From NCBI GenBank assembly GCA_002774875.1, contig PCYM01000010.1, forward strand, positions 8,645 through 72,644: a DNA stretch of 64,000 nucleotides, read 5' to 3'. Source of the stretch: Candidatus Uhrbacteria bacterium CG10_big_fil_rev_8_21_14_0_10_50_16 (lineage in GTDB: Bacteria; Patescibacteriota; Patescibacteriia; UBA9934; UBA11717). Positions 17,398 to 27,158 of the stretch are shown here, in pieces (position 1 is the stretch's first letter; each line of letters begins with the position of its first letter). The notes beneath the pieces were generated by a model. That model was not told the origin of the DNA. It saw nothing but the letters and a program-made list of their open reading frames with translations, and made no database searches. Position numbers and translations under genes: made by a program.

Positions 17398-20079
17398 GTG
17401 GATATGCCAGAGCTCCCAAAGGCCTACGAGCCATCAAAACAGGAAGATGAGATCGCCTTAAAAGAACGCGAAAGCGGTTTATATTCCCCAGAAAACCTCC
17501 CAGGTAATAGAACGGAGGTTTTTTCTATGGTCTTGCCACCGCCCAACGCCACAGGAACGCTCCACATGGGGCACGCCGTGATGTTGGCGATTCAAGATAT
17601 TTTGGTGCGGTTTGCACGTATGCAGGGAAAGAAAACCTTGTGGGTGCCAGGGACAGATCACGCGGCGATCGCCACACAGGTAAAGGTGGAAAAATTGTTA
17701 ATGAAGGAAGAAGGGAAGACACGTTTTGATTTGGGTCGCGAAGTATTTTTAGGTCGCGTGGATGCGTTTGTGGAGGAGAGTCGCGCAACCATCCAACACC
17801 AGGTTCGCAGCATGGGTTGCAGCATCGATTGGACGCGTGAGGCGTTTACGTTGGACGAGCCGCGGAACCTAGCCGTGCGAACCATGTTTAAAAAAATGTA
17901 CGACGATGGGCTCATTTATCGCGGGTACCGTGTGATCAACTGGGACCCGGTGGGGCAGACGGTGATCTCAGACGACGAGTTGGTGTCCAAGGAACGTGCA
18001 GGAAAACTCTACACATTCAAGTACAGCAAAGATTTTCCGATTACGATTGCAACCACACGGCCCGAGACAAAAGTGGGAGACACGGCGGTGGCGGTGCATC
18101 CAAGTGATGAACGATACAAAACGTTTGTTGGAAAAACGTTCAATGTTTTGTTCGCCGGCGCGGAATTGAAGATCAAAATTATTGCAGACGAAGAAGTAGA
18201 TCCAACATTTGGAACGGGAGCGCTTGGTGTGACGCCGGCACATAGTGTGATCGACGAGGGCATGGCAAAACGTCACAATCTGGAAATGATTCAGGTGATT
18301 GATGAGCAGGCGAACATGACCGAGGTGGCTGGCACGTTGGTTGCAGGTCTTCCTGTGTTAGAGGCGCGTGAGAATATTGTGGCGTGGTTAAAGGATGAAG
18401 GATTGTTGGAGGCTGAGGAGGAGACGACGCAGATGATTGCCACGGCAGAACGCACTGGTGCCGTTATTGAGCCTCTTCCAAAACTTCAATGGTTTGTGGA
18501 TGTGGAGAAAGAGTTTGCGTTTAAACAGTCTAAACATCACCCAATCTCGGCGTTAAATGATGGGGAAAAGGTGACGCTTAAATCGCTCATGCAGCACGTG
18601 GTGGAGACGAAGGAGGTAAAGATTGTCCCAGAATCGTTTGAGAAAACGTATTTTCATTGGATTAACAATCTGCGCCCTTGGTGTATTTCACGCCAGCTTT
18701 GGTACGGACATCGTGTGCCGGCTTGGTATAGGGGAGAAGATGTTTTTGTGGGAGTTGACGCGCCAGAAGGCGAAGGTTGGATACAGGATGAGGACACGCT
18801 CGACACCTGGTTTTCCGCGGGCATGTGGACGTTCTCCACACTCGGCTGGCCCAATGCGGACGCGCCTGATGTACAGATGTATCACCCAACAACCCTGTTG
18901 GAGACGGGCCGAGATATTTTGTTCTTCTGGGTGGCGCGCATGATTCTTATGTCCACGTATGCGCTCGGCGAGGTTCCGTTTAGATATGCGTATCTACACG
19001 GGATGGTGCGAGACGATCAAGGCCGCAAGATGAGTAAGTCATTGGACAACATCATTGATCCGCTGACCATGAAGGAAACGTATGGTGCCGATGCCACACG
19101 GTTGAGTCTTGTGGTGGGGTCGACTCCGGGGAATGACGTAAAACTTTCCGAGGAGAAGATTGCCGGCTTCCGCAACTTTGTGAATAAGCTATGGAACATT
19201 GCACGTTTTGTGTTCATGTCGGTGAGCGATGTGCACAAAATTGATTCAGCGCCCGCGCCTGTTACAGATGCAGATGCGTGGATTCTTTGGGAACTCAATC
19301 GGTTGATCGCAGGTATCCCATTTATGATTGGTGAGCCAAACTTTCAATTGTCGCTTGCTGCGGAACGATTACGAGATGTTACCTGGAGCGATTTTGCCGA
19401 CTGGTATGTGGAGGTGGCCAAGGTTCAACTGCAAGACCCGGCGCTTAAAGAGAGTACGGAGGATATGCTGCTCTATGTGTTGCAATGCCTCTTAAAAATG
19501 TGGCATCCCTACATGCCGTTTGTCACCACACGATTGTGGGAGGAATTTGGATCGGACAAGATGCTTCTTATTGAAGACTGGCCAGAGATTGTCTCGACAG
19601 ATACCAAATCACCTGCCGTGGTGAATTTTGAGAATGCAAAAGAGATCGTGACGGCGATTCGTGCAACGCGTGCGAGTTACAAGATTGATCCTGTAAAGAC
19701 CGTGGACGCGATTGTAACAGGTGAGACGGTGGACGCAATGACAGCGACGGTGGAGATCATTAAGCGACTGGGTCGCGTGGGTACGCTAACGTTGCGTGCA
19801 GGCGTGGAGCGGCCTGAGGGGTCTGTTTCTCTTGTCGCAGGCGGCCACACAATCTACATCCCACTCGCGGGCGTGATTGATCTTGCTGCCGAGAAAACGC
19901 GATTACAAGCGGAATTAGCCTCGGTTGAAGCCTATACCAAGAGCGTCGGTGCCAAACTCAACAATCAAGGATTCGTTGATAATGCACCCGCGGAAGCCGT
20001 GCAAAAAGAGCAAGAAAAACTTGCTGAGGCAACCGCGCGACGAGACGCTCTACAGCAGCAATTGGAAGCGTTCTCTTGA
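17398..20079 (+). CDS. valS: Valine--tRNA ligase
   Basis: PPPNATGTLHMGHA (HIGH), KMSKS, editing domain, C-terminal coiled coil, 893 aa. Confidence 0.95.
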   Translation: MDMPELPKAYEPSKQEDEIALKERESGLYSPENLPGNRTEVFSMVLPPPNATGTLHMGHAVMLAIQDILVRFARMQGKKTLWVPGTDHAAIATQVKVEKLLMKEEGKTRFDLGREVFLGRVDAFVEESRATIQHQVRSMGCSIDWTREAFTLDEPRNLAVRTMFKKMYDDGLIYRGYRVINWDPVGQTVISDDELVSKERAGKLYTFKYSKDFPITIATTRPETKVGDTAVAVHPSDERYKTFVGKTFNVLFAGAELKIKIIADEEVDPTFGTGALGVTPAHSVIDEGMAKRHNLEMIQVIDEQANMTEVAGTLVAGLPVLEARENIVAWLKDEGLLEAEEETTQMIATAERTGAVIEPLPKLQWFVDVEKEFAFKQSKHHPISALNDGEKVTLKSLMQHVVETKEVKIVPESFEKTYFHWINNLRPWCISRQLWYGHRVPAWYRGEDVFVGVDAPEGEGWIQDEDTLDTWFSAGMWTFSTLGWPNADAPDVQMYHPTTLLETGRDILFFWVARMILMSTYALGEVPFRYAYLHGMVRDDQGRKMSKSLDNIIDPLTMKETYGADATRLSLVVGSTPGNDVKLSEEKIAGFRNFVNKLWNIARFVFMSVSDVHKIDSAPAPVTDADAWILWELNRLIAGIPFMIGEPNFQLSLAAERLRDVTWSDFADWYVEVAKVQLQDPALKESTEDMLLYVLQCLLKMWHPYMPFVTTRLWEEFGSDKMLLIEDWPEIVSTDTKSPAVVNFENAKEIVTAIRATRASYKIDPVKTVDAIVTGETVDAMTATVEIIKRLGRVGTLTLRAGVERPEGSVSLVAGGHTIYIPLAGVIDLAAEKTRLQAELASVEAYTKSVGAKLNNQGFVDNAPAEAVQKEQEKLAEATARRDALQQQLEAFS

Positions 20080-20095
20080 TTATCACTCTCTTTTT

Positions 20096-21292
20096 ATGTT
20101 TAAAAAACACAAAATAATAACAGACCCCGACAAGATTCACGAAGTGCTTTCGCGCGGCGTGGATTCTGTTTACCCAGACGCCGATTGGCTTAAGAAGCAA
20201 CTTATGAGCGGTAAGCGTTTGCGTTTGTATTTGGGGTGGGATCCAACGACGACGGACGTGCATATTGGTCACACGGTGCAACTGTGGAAGATGCGCGAGT
20301 TTCAACGATTGGGGCACGAGGTGATTTTGCTCATGGGAACGTTTACGGCAACGCTTGGCGATCCAACAGGTAAGGCAGACGCGCGCAAGGCACTTACGCT
20401 CGAGGAGACAAAACGTAACGCAAAAGGCTTTGCCCAAAAGACAAAAGCCATTTTTGATTTCCCGGAGAATCCCATCACCATCAAATACAACCACGAGTGG
20501 CTGGCCAAGATGGATCTCTCCGATGTGATCAAATTATCATCCAACTTCACCGTTCAACAGATGTTGGAGCGGGATATGTTTGAGAAGCGGATGAAGGAAG
20601 GACTGCCAATCGGACTCCATGAATTTTTGTATCCACTGATGCAAGGGTATGACTCGGTGGCAATGGATGTGGATTTGGAGGTAGGCGGAACGGATCAAAC
20701 ATTCAATATGTTGGCAGGACGTACCTTGCAAAAACGCCTCAACGCCAAAGAGAAAGGTGTGCTCACACGTCCGTTGTTGGCAGATGCATCTGGTCGCAAG
20801 ATCGGAAAATCAGAAGGTAACGCAATCAATATTGATCTGGCTCCCGAGGATTTGTTTGGTAAGGTGATGACGTTACCGGACGATGTCATCTGGCCAACGT
20901 TTACCATGTGCACGGATGTGGAACTCGCACGTATCAATGAAATCAAACGCGAGTTAGCAGACGATCCGCGTGCAGCCAAGGCACAGCTTGCGTGGGAGTT
21001 GGTGCGGATTTACAACGATGCGGAGGCGGCAGACAGAGCGCGCGCGCATTTTACAAGTGTGTTTACCAACAAAGCGATTCCAGAGGAGATGCCATCGTTT
21101 ACATTGCGTGAGGGGATGACGTATGTGGATGTGTTGGAGGAGGCAAAGATCTGTCCATCTAAGTCTGACGCACGACGTCAGATTACGCAACGTGCAGTTA
21201 AGTTAGATGGTCAACTCGTGTTTGATGCGGACGCCATCGCACGCGTGGGAGTGTTACAAAAAGGGAAGCGTCATTTTGTTCGTCTCGTCTAA
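20096..21292 (+). CDS. tyrS: Tyrosine--tRNA ligase (class I, C-terminal S4-like domain)
   Basis: DVHIGHTV (HIGH), KIGKSEGN (KMSKS-like) and a C-terminal S4-like RNA-binding region. The ORF track starts at 19925 inside valS; the in-frame ATG at 20096 follows the valS stop. Confidence 0.85.
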   Translation: MFKKHKIITDPDKIHEVLSRGVDSVYPDADWLKKQLMSGKRLRLYLGWDPTTTDVHIGHTVQLWKMREFQRLGHEVILLMGTFTATLGDPTGKADARKALTLEETKRNAKGFAQKTKAIFDFPENPITIKYNHEWLAKMDLSDVIKLSSNFTVQQMLERDMFEKRMKEGLPIGLHEFLYPLMQGYDSVAMDVDLEVGGTDQTFNMLAGRTLQKRLNAKEKGVLTRPLLADASGRKIGKSEGNAINIDLAPEDLFGKVMTLPDDVIWPTFTMCTDVELARINEIKRELADDPRAAKAQLAWELVRIYNDAEAADRARAHFTSVFTNKAIPEEMPSFTLREGMTYVDVLEEAKICPSKSDARRQITQRAVKLDGQLVFDADAIARVGVLQKGKRHFVRLV

Positions 21293-21293
21293 T

Positions 21294-23012
21294 ATGTCTG
21301 ATCAATCGTACACATATATTGCCGCGCGTTTGGAGGTGCTTAAGGCTCTCAAGGGCGCCATCGGCAAAACGTACACACCAACGTTTGAAGAATTAGAACT
21401 CCCACCTCAGCGCACGCTGGGTGATGTTGCGTTTCCGTGTTTTAGCCTTGCGCAAGGGCTAAAGCGTAACCCATCGGAGATTGCCACGGAGCTTGCCGCA
21501 AAGATTGGATCCAAGGGCGTGATTCAAAAGGTGGAGGCGCGCGGGCCCTACGTCAACTTTACGTTCGACATGGCCAAGTACGGCGACCAGGTTGTGCAAC
21601 AAGTTTTGAGGATGAAGGAAAACTACGGCACATGGACCATTGGGCACGGACGTCGCGTGATGATTGAGTATGCTAACTTTAACACGCATAAGGAGGTGCA
21701 CATTGGGCATATTCGTAACATGGTCGTGGGACATGTGGCGATTAATCTCCTGCGCGCAACGGGCCATGACGTGGTTGCCTGCAGCTATATCAACGACCTT
21801 GGTAACAACGTGGCTAAGTGTTTGTGGGCGATGCAAAAATTTCATGAGCATGAGGTTCCAGCCAAGGGCGATGAGATCAACTTTTTAGGACGTGTGTATA
21901 CGGAGGCTACGTATGCGGCGGAGGAAAACGAGGAGGCACGCGCAGAAATTTCCGAGATTCAACGTGAGTTGGAGGAGAAACGCGGAGACTGGACCAAGCT
22001 TTGGAAGACTACACGTCAGTGGTCGATCGATGCCATTTATGCGATTTTCAAGGAAATGGGGATTCCGATCGATGTGCAATATTACGAGAGTGATTTGTTA
22101 GAGGACACCAAACGTATTGTAAAACGGTTGCAGGCTGAGGGGATTGCGGTGGAGAGTCAGGGGGCAATTATTGTAGATTTGGAAGAGGAGGGGTTAGGCG
22201 CGAGTCTGCTTGTGAAGACCGATGGAACGCATTTGTACAACGCAAAAGATTTGGCGCTCGCCGAGCGAAAGTCTTCGGATTATGATTTGGACCGTAGCGC
22301 CATTGTGGTCGACAAACGTCAGTCGCTTGCTATGCAACAGTTGTTTGCCACGCTGAAGTTGATGGGACGTGATATCCCGTACGAGCACCTCTCGTATGAT
22401 TTTGTGACGCTGCCAGAGGGTGCGATGTCCTCACGTAAGGGAAACATTATTCGTTTTGAGGAGTTGCGTGATTTATTGCGCGACGCGGCGCTCAAAGAAA
22501 CTCGTGAGAGACACAATGAGTGGTCTGAGAAGCAGGTGCGCAACACGGCATCGGCTATTGGTTATGCCGCGATGATCTATGCAATGGCTAAGCAGGACCC
22601 AAACAAGGAGATTGTCTTTTCTATCGACGAGGCGGTCGCATTTGAAGGCGTGTCTGGTCCATACTTGCTCTACACGGCCTCACGTATTCAAAGTCTGATG
22701 AAAAAAGCGGGCGTGAAACCCGCGTTTGATGCGGCCGTGATTGATTCTCCTGAGGCTGAGGACGTGGTGGATCATTTGGCGCGTTTCCCGATTGTTTTGC
22801 GCGAAAGTGCAACGTATTTGGCGCTGGCGGATGTTCCGCAGTTTGCGTTTGATTTGGCTCAAAGCTTTTCTCGTTACTACGCATCGACGCGCATTTTGGA
22901 TCCAGAGAATAATGTATCCACAGCCGGTAGGCTTGCTCTTTGTGAGGCGGTCTTGATAACGTTGACCAATACGTTGGCGATTATGCACATAACGCCTGTA
23001 GATCACATGTAG
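21294..23012 (+). CDS. argS: Arginine--tRNA ligase
   Basis: Arg_tRNA_synt_N-like N-terminus, NTHKEVHIGHIRN HIGH region, DALR-type C-terminal anticodon-binding domain. In-frame ATG at 21294 immediately after the tyrS stop. Confidence 0.9.
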   Translation: MSDQSYTYIAARLEVLKALKGAIGKTYTPTFEELELPPQRTLGDVAFPCFSLAQGLKRNPSEIATELAAKIGSKGVIQKVEARGPYVNFTFDMAKYGDQVVQQVLRMKENYGTWTIGHGRRVMIEYANFNTHKEVHIGHIRNMVVGHVAINLLRATGHDVVACSYINDLGNNVAKCLWAMQKFHEHEVPAKGDEINFLGRVYTEATYAAEENEEARAEISEIQRELEEKRGDWTKLWKTTRQWSIDAIYAIFKEMGIPIDVQYYESDLLEDTKRIVKRLQAEGIAVESQGAIIVDLEEEGLGASLLVKTDGTHLYNAKDLALAERKSSDYDLDRSAIVVDKRQSLAMQQLFATLKLMGRDIPYEHLSYDFVTLPEGAMSSRKGNIIRFEELRDLLRDAALKETRERHNEWSEKQVRNTASAIGYAAMIYAMAKQDPNKEIVFSIDEAVAFEGVSGPYLLYTASRIQSLMKKAGVKPAFDAAVIDSPEAEDVVDHLARFPIVLRESATYLALADVPQFAFDLAQSFSRYYASTRILDPENNVSTAGRLALCEAVLITLTNTLAIMHITPVDHM

Positions 23013-23040
23013 GTTGGAGGGGTATTTACACAAAACAATC

Positions 23041-23412
23041 ATGAATATGAAAGGAAAAAGCGTCGGAGGGGAAACGATTATTGCAGAAGGTGTAAAAGTA
23101 GAGGGAGATTTTACCAGTAATGGAGACGTGACAATCGAGGGAATGGTACACGGAAACGTTTCGGCATCTGGGAACGTGATTGTGGGCGTGACGGCGGTGA
23201 TTGACGCAGATCTCACAGCCAATAATTTGATGTTGTCAGGGAGAATTAAGGGAAATGTGCACGTGCAAGAAAAGGCAGAGCTAGCATCCTCTTCTGTGTT
23301 GGAAGGTGATTTAACAACGCATGTTCTAAGCGTGGCAGCGGGCGCAACGATCAACGGGAAAATCCTGATGCCAAACGGCGCGTCCGTGGCCGTTGAGGAA
23401 GACGGTGAATAA
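23041..23412 (+). CDS. Bactofilin (polymer-forming cytoskeletal protein, beta-helical repeats)
   Basis: Repeated GxVxG/IxGxV motifs (VKVEGDFTSNGDVTIEGMVHGNVSASGNVIVG...). A TTG start at 23014 is possible; ATG 23041 is preferred. Confidence 0.75.
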   Translation: MNMKGKSVGGETIIAEGVKVEGDFTSNGDVTIEGMVHGNVSASGNVIVGVTAVIDADLTANNLMLSGRIKGNVHVQEKAELASSSVLEGDLTTHVLSVAAGATINGKILMPNGASVAVEEDGE

Positions 23413-23417
23413 AGGGA

Positions 23418-24161
23418 ATGTATTGCTACATTTACGATGCAGAAGTGCAGGATCGAAAATACGAACGCGAATTGATCGCCATTGAACATCGTATTACGGA
23501 CCTGGGGTTGCAAGGAAAGATTGTTCGCCTTGCCTTGTTTAGAGACCCTGATGAGCAAATTCGCAAAGAGGTAGCGGCAGGTGCTAAAACTGTTGTGGTG
23601 ATTGGAAACGATCAAACGGTGCATCGCGTGCTAACGACGATTGTAGATGCAGGGGCGACGCTCGCCATTATTCCGGTAGGAGAACCAAATGTGCTCGCCA
23701 GAATTTTAGGAGTTCCAAAAGGTGTTCAAGCCTGTGATACGCTCTCTCAACGTATTATTGAGTCACTCGATGTCGGTAATATCAACGGTCAACGGTTTTT
23801 AACAGGTGTGCGATTTCCAAAAGCTATTACGCGAGTTCGATACGGAAAGGCCTATGATCTTGTGTCTAATAAGACAGGCCAATTAGAGATTTTAAATCTG
23901 TCTGTGGAGGCACCGTCTGGTGAGGCCGACATTGCCAATCCGATAGATGGAAAATTACAGGTGACGATTACAACACAAAAACGCAAAGGGTTTCGGTCTA
24001 TTCCGGCGGTTACGACCATCCCGTTTGAGGCATTTGAAGTGCTGTACGATACGTCTGTAAAAGCGGTGGCCGATGGGGTTGAGATAGAAGGGGATCGATT
24101 TAACGTCACTACGGAGCAAGGGGCATTGAACGTGGTTGTTTCTCGCGAGCGGATGTTTTAA
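23418..24161 (+). CDS. DAGK_cat-like (diacylglycerol/lipid kinase catalytic fold) protein with degenerate GGDGT motif
   Basis: VVVIGNDQTVHRV...LAIIPVGEPN resembles the GGDGT...PxGT(G)N pattern of YegS/BmrU lipid kinases, but it is short (247 aa). Tentative. Confidence 0.4.
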   Translation: MYCYIYDAEVQDRKYERELIAIEHRITDLGLQGKIVRLALFRDPDEQIRKEVAAGAKTVVVIGNDQTVHRVLTTIVDAGATLAIIPVGEPNVLARILGVPKGVQACDTLSQRIIESLDVGNINGQRFLTGVRFPKAITRVRYGKAYDLVSNKTGQLEILNLSVEAPSGEADIANPIDGKLQVTITTQKRKGFRSIPAVTTIPFEAFEVLYDTSVKAVADGVEIEGDRFNVTTEQGALNVVVSRERMF

Positions 24162-24197
24162 AAGATCTTGGCGGTCCAGGGTCTTTTTTTTGTTTCA

Positions 24198-24222
24198 CCT
24201 TCAAACACATGTATTTTGAGAA
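24198..24222. promoter_or_regulatory. Imperfect palindromic motif A (TTCAAACACATGTATTTTGAGAA), also at 35542
   Basis: Dyad TCAAACAC-n-RTTTTGA. The second copy at 35542-35566 is 22/25 identical. Confidence 0.35.
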
Positions 24223-24450
24223 TTGTGCTCGGTGCATTGCTTTAAATGATCCGCAAGGAGTCGTCGACATACTGGTACATTGCCTAAACATGCGAGAGAT
24301 TGGGTCGACGCCCAACACGGATTATTTATAAGCAACACATCTCGCTCCTGTATTGTCTGAATCCTTCGCTGACACGGTCTCTAACGTGGTATTCCATGCG
24401 AAGTGGGAATTTATCTACTCCTGTGGATAAAAGGGACAGGCACCTTTATC

Positions 24451-24538
24451 CGCAGGTCCTGTTCTCTCCAACGCGCACACCAACAAAAACCTCCCAGACA
24501 AGCTGAGAGTTTTTTGCTGGTGCGCGCTGGGGGATTCG
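24451..24538. repeat. Direct repeat copy 1 (88 bp, 100% identical to 24653-24740): tRNA-Val trailer/terminator plus 21-nt 3' fragment of tRNA-Val(UAC)
   Basis: Exact string match. Ends at ...GGGGGATTCG (mid T-loop) and then diverges. Confidence 0.85.
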
Positions 24539-24652
24539 CCTTCACCTCTCATGTTCTTCCGAAAATTCGGGTTCAGGTCCGGGCCTCGCCGTTGCGCTTC
24601 TCACCATTGTCAGCGCAACATGGCTCCGGCCGTTCGAATCCGTCGAACAGGA

Positions 24653-24740
24653 CGCAGGTCCTGTTCTCTCCAACGCGCACACCAACAAAAACCTCCCAGA
24701 CAAGCTGAGAGTTTTTTGCTGGTGCGCGCTGGGGGATTCG
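24653..24740. repeat. Direct repeat copy 2 (overlaps the 3' end of the intact tRNA-Val(UAC))
   Basis: Exact 88-bp identity with 24451-24538. Confidence 0.85.
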
Positions 24741-24796
24741 AACCCTCGACCCCCTCGGTGTAAACGAGGTGCTCTAACCAACTGAGCTAAGCGCGC
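24720..24796 (-). tRNA. tRNA-Val (anticodon UAC)
   Basis: Reverse complement: acceptor GCGCGCT/AGCGCGC, anticodon stem CCTCG/CGAGG, loop TTTACAC, T-arm GAGGGTTCGAATCCCCC, CCA. Confidence 0.85.
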
Positions 24797-24886
24797 AAGT
24801 GAATTGCGGAGCAAACGTACCATACTCGGTTTGGCTGGTCAAGATCGTTGACAGGCAAGACAAGACCTGGCATACTCTCATCGCCT

Positions 24887-24973
24887 GCGGACGTGGCGGA
24901 ATCGGTAGACGCGCCAGCTTGAGGGGCTGGTCTCTTTCGGGAGATGGAGGTTCAAGTCCTCTCGTCCGCACCA
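24887..24973 (+). tRNA. tRNA-Leu (anticodon GAG)
   Basis: Acceptor GCGGACG/CGTCCGC, anticodon stem CCAGC/GCTGG, loop TTGAGGG, long variable arm, T-arm GGAGGTTCAAGTCCTCT, CCA. Confidence 0.85.
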
Positions 24974-25010
24974 AAAAAAAATCTCAGCTTGCTGGGATTT
25001 TTTTTATAAG
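24974..25010 (+). terminator. Rho-independent terminator after tRNA-Leu(GAG)
   Basis: A-run, ATCTCAG-cttg-CTGGGAT hairpin, T8. Confidence 0.55.
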
Positions 25011-25141
25011 GACGATGAGGACTTGGACCCAGGGGATGGTAAGGGGAAACCCTTCCCCTTACTTGGTGGGGGTGACTGAGCATAGCGAAGACAAGAGGGG
25101 CGGAAGCCCCTATTGAGAGGAGCAAGGCGACGACGTGAAAT

Positions 25142-25159
25142 GTCCTCTCGTCCGCACCA
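25142..25159 (+). repeat. 18-nt duplicate of the tRNA-Leu(GAG) 3' end (GTCCTCTCGTCCGCACCA), 170 bp downstream of the gene
   Basis: Exact match to tRNA positions 24956-24973. Confidence 0.6.
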
Positions 25160-25269
25160 TCTTGTGTGATTCCTGACCGGATTCACAGGGGTTCAATGAA
25201 AACCGAGTCGTGTACTCGGTTTTTGTGTTCACGGATTTAAAGAGGAAATCGTGCTATACTCTCCGTACT

Positions 25270-25536
25270 ATGGCTTGGATATTACGCATTCTTTTGGGCG
25301 GCGCTGTGTCTGCATTGGGGTATTTTGCTATTTGGAAAGCGGAGGATGTTGTGGGATGGATTGGTGGTGAATCGTATTGGGCCGAGCAAAATTTTGGCGT
25401 GTGGGGTGGAACAAAGGGGCTGATTAAAATCGTCGGCATTGTGATTATGTTTGTAGGATTTGGGATTATGGTGCAGCTCCATACGGAAATCCTCTCATTT
25501 ATTACGGGTCTTGTGATTCCGGCAACACGAAAATAA
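25270..25536 (+). CDS. Small hypothetical membrane protein (about 88 aa, 3 TM)
   Basis: TGCTATACT -10 box 9 nt upstream of ATG 25270 (leaderless arrangement). The ORF track starts at 25210. Confidence 0.45.
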   Translation: MAWILRILLGGAVSALGYFAIWKAEDVVGWIGGESYWAEQNFGVWGGTKGLIKIVGIVIMFVGFGIMVQLHTEILSFITGLVIPATRK

Positions 25537-25537
25537 T

Positions 25538-26092
25538 ATGCAGGGTGCAATGCAACAACGTTTCTATTCGCCAATGACCGTTGCGCGTGCCGGGAATATT
25601 CGATCCGGACACACGGTTGTTGATTTTCTGGCAGGGCATCAGGGAACCATGACCTTTCCGGCGGCCTCCCTTGCGGGGTCTCGGGGAATTGTTTATGCGG
25701 TTGATTTACGTCCAACAGCCCTGCAGGCTATTAAAGGACGCTGTGAATTGGGTCATGCGGGCAACATTGAGGTCGTGCATGGTCACCTGGAACGTGTGGG
25801 TGGCGTGCCTCTTACGGATCAGATTGCTGATACTGTTTTTTTGGTAGATGCCCTTTCTTTATTGGAAAATCGACTAGAAGTTGTACGAGAAGCCATTCGT
25901 CTGCTAAAATCCGGTGGCATTTTAATGGTGGTCGATTGGCACCCCTTTGGTGACGCACGTCAGGGGCCCGATGTAGGCCGCCGATTAAGTGAGCAGGAGG
26001 CACGATCACTATGCTTGGTAAACGCTCTCCAGTACGAAGGGACGTTTGACGCGGGCGATTATCATTATGGATTTACCTGTCGAAGAATCTAG
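25538..26092 (+). CDS. Class I SAM-dependent methyltransferase-like protein
   Basis: VVDFLAGHQGTMT...VYAVDL resembles methyltransferase motif I and post-I. 184 aa. Confidence 0.45.
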   Translation: MQGAMQQRFYSPMTVARAGNIRSGHTVVDFLAGHQGTMTFPAASLAGSRGIVYAVDLRPTALQAIKGRCELGHAGNIEVVHGHLERVGGVPLTDQIADTVFLVDALSLLENRLEVVREAIRLLKSGGILMVVDWHPFGDARQGPDVGRRLSEQEARSLCLVNALQYEGTFDAGDYHYGFTCRRI

Positions 26093-26098
26093 AGAACT

Positions 26099-26503
26099 AT
26101 GGATGTCTACTCATTTGCTTGGTGGTTTGGAACAATACCTCTCTATAACGCAACAACGCTGCGTATCTACTTTATTGTTTTTCTTTCGTTAATTATTGTT
26201 GGATCGCTTGTGCGGATGGTGAGTAGGCGACAACTGCAAGATCGTTTTCAGGTGGAGATTGCTAAGAAGTTTGCATCGATGCTCGTGGTAATGGGAATCG
26301 TTGGTCTTTGGTATTGGTTTGTGGCAGGTCAGCAAATTCCTTTTCTTTCGGCACGGTTTTGGCTTCCGTTGATCGTGGTTGCAATACTCGTGTGGATTCT
26401 GGCGATTGTTCGCTATGTACGCAAAGACGTTCCGGCGGCACGCGCGCAGGTCCACAGTACAAAAGATGACAAAAAGTATTTTGAACCGAAGCATAAAAAA
26501 TGA
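26099..26503 (+). CDS. Hypothetical membrane protein (3 TM)
   Basis: Hydrophobic 134-aa ORF. Confidence 0.45.
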   Translation: MDVYSFAWWFGTIPLYNATTLRIYFIVFLSLIIVGSLVRMVSRRQLQDRFQVEIAKKFASMLVVMGIVGLWYWFVAGQQIPFLSARFWLPLIVVAILVWILAIVRYVRKDVPAARAQVHSTKDDKKYFEPKHKK

Positions 26504-26838
26504 GACGGGAGGTTGGACAACGAGGTGAATTAATGGCGGCACGGTATCTCAAAAAAATGGGGTACCGTGTTTTGCAAACCAACGTTCGTTTAGCGGGCTG
26601 TGAGATTGATATTGTGGCAAAACAGGGCAAGGAGATTGTGTTTGTAGAGGTAAAAACGCGGCAATCCAATGTGGCAGGGTACCCGGAGGATTCGGTGACG
26701 CCGCAAAAGGTGCATCATATTGAGAGGGCGGCGCTGGCGTGGTTGTTGGAGAATGGCGAGCAACCCTGGCGCGTGGATGTGATTGCAGTGACTATGGGGG
26801 GAGAAAGCGAGGAAATTAAGCATTTTGTAGGTATTTAG
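26500..26838 (+). CDS. YraN-family (UPF0102) endonuclease-like protein
   Basis: GELMAARYLKKMGYRVL...GCEIDIVAKQGKEIVFVEVKTR matches the YraN/UPF0102 signature. Confidence 0.75.
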   Translation: MRREVGQRGELMAARYLKKMGYRVLQTNVRLAGCEIDIVAKQGKEIVFVEVKTRQSNVAGYPEDSVTPQKVHHIERAALAWLLENGEQPWRVDVIAVTMGGESEEIKHFVGI

Positions 26839-26904
26839 CAAATGCCGCAATGAGGGTTTTGCAATCAAGAGATTCCGCGCTCTAACAAGCATTTATCATC
26901 TAGT

Positions 26905-27028
26905 AATGTAGGAGCGAAGGGTTGTGTTTAGAAAAAGTGACAATCGGATAGAGACGTACAAGACTTACTCCTGACCAGCTGTCTTCTGAGTGCGAAGGCA
27001 CGAAGACGTGTCTCTACCTCCGAGTCAC
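26905..27028. repeat. About 125-bp direct repeat, copy 1 (about 85% identical to 28819-28943), left flank of the high-GC insert
   Basis: AATGTAGGAGCGAAGGGTTGTGTTTAGAAAAAGTGACAATCGGATAGAGACGTACAAGACTTACTCCTG... shared with 28819. Internally hairpin-rich. Confidence 0.75.
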
Positions 27029-27158
27029 TTTTTTAAACATAACCCGAGCAACCCTTGACATAAAAGCCTTATTCTGCTATATTTTGGCGTTGTTCTTTAC
27101 AAGAGATGACACGGGCGGGTGGTTCTTAGAGAGAACTGTTGCCCGGAGGAGAGAGATC

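Noticed and set aside
24538-24653. Possible pseudo-tRNA in the 114-bp segment between the 88-bp direct repeats
   Set aside because: Contains T-loop-like GTTCGAATCC, but no acceptable cloverleaf could be folded because the T-stem and acceptor do not pair.
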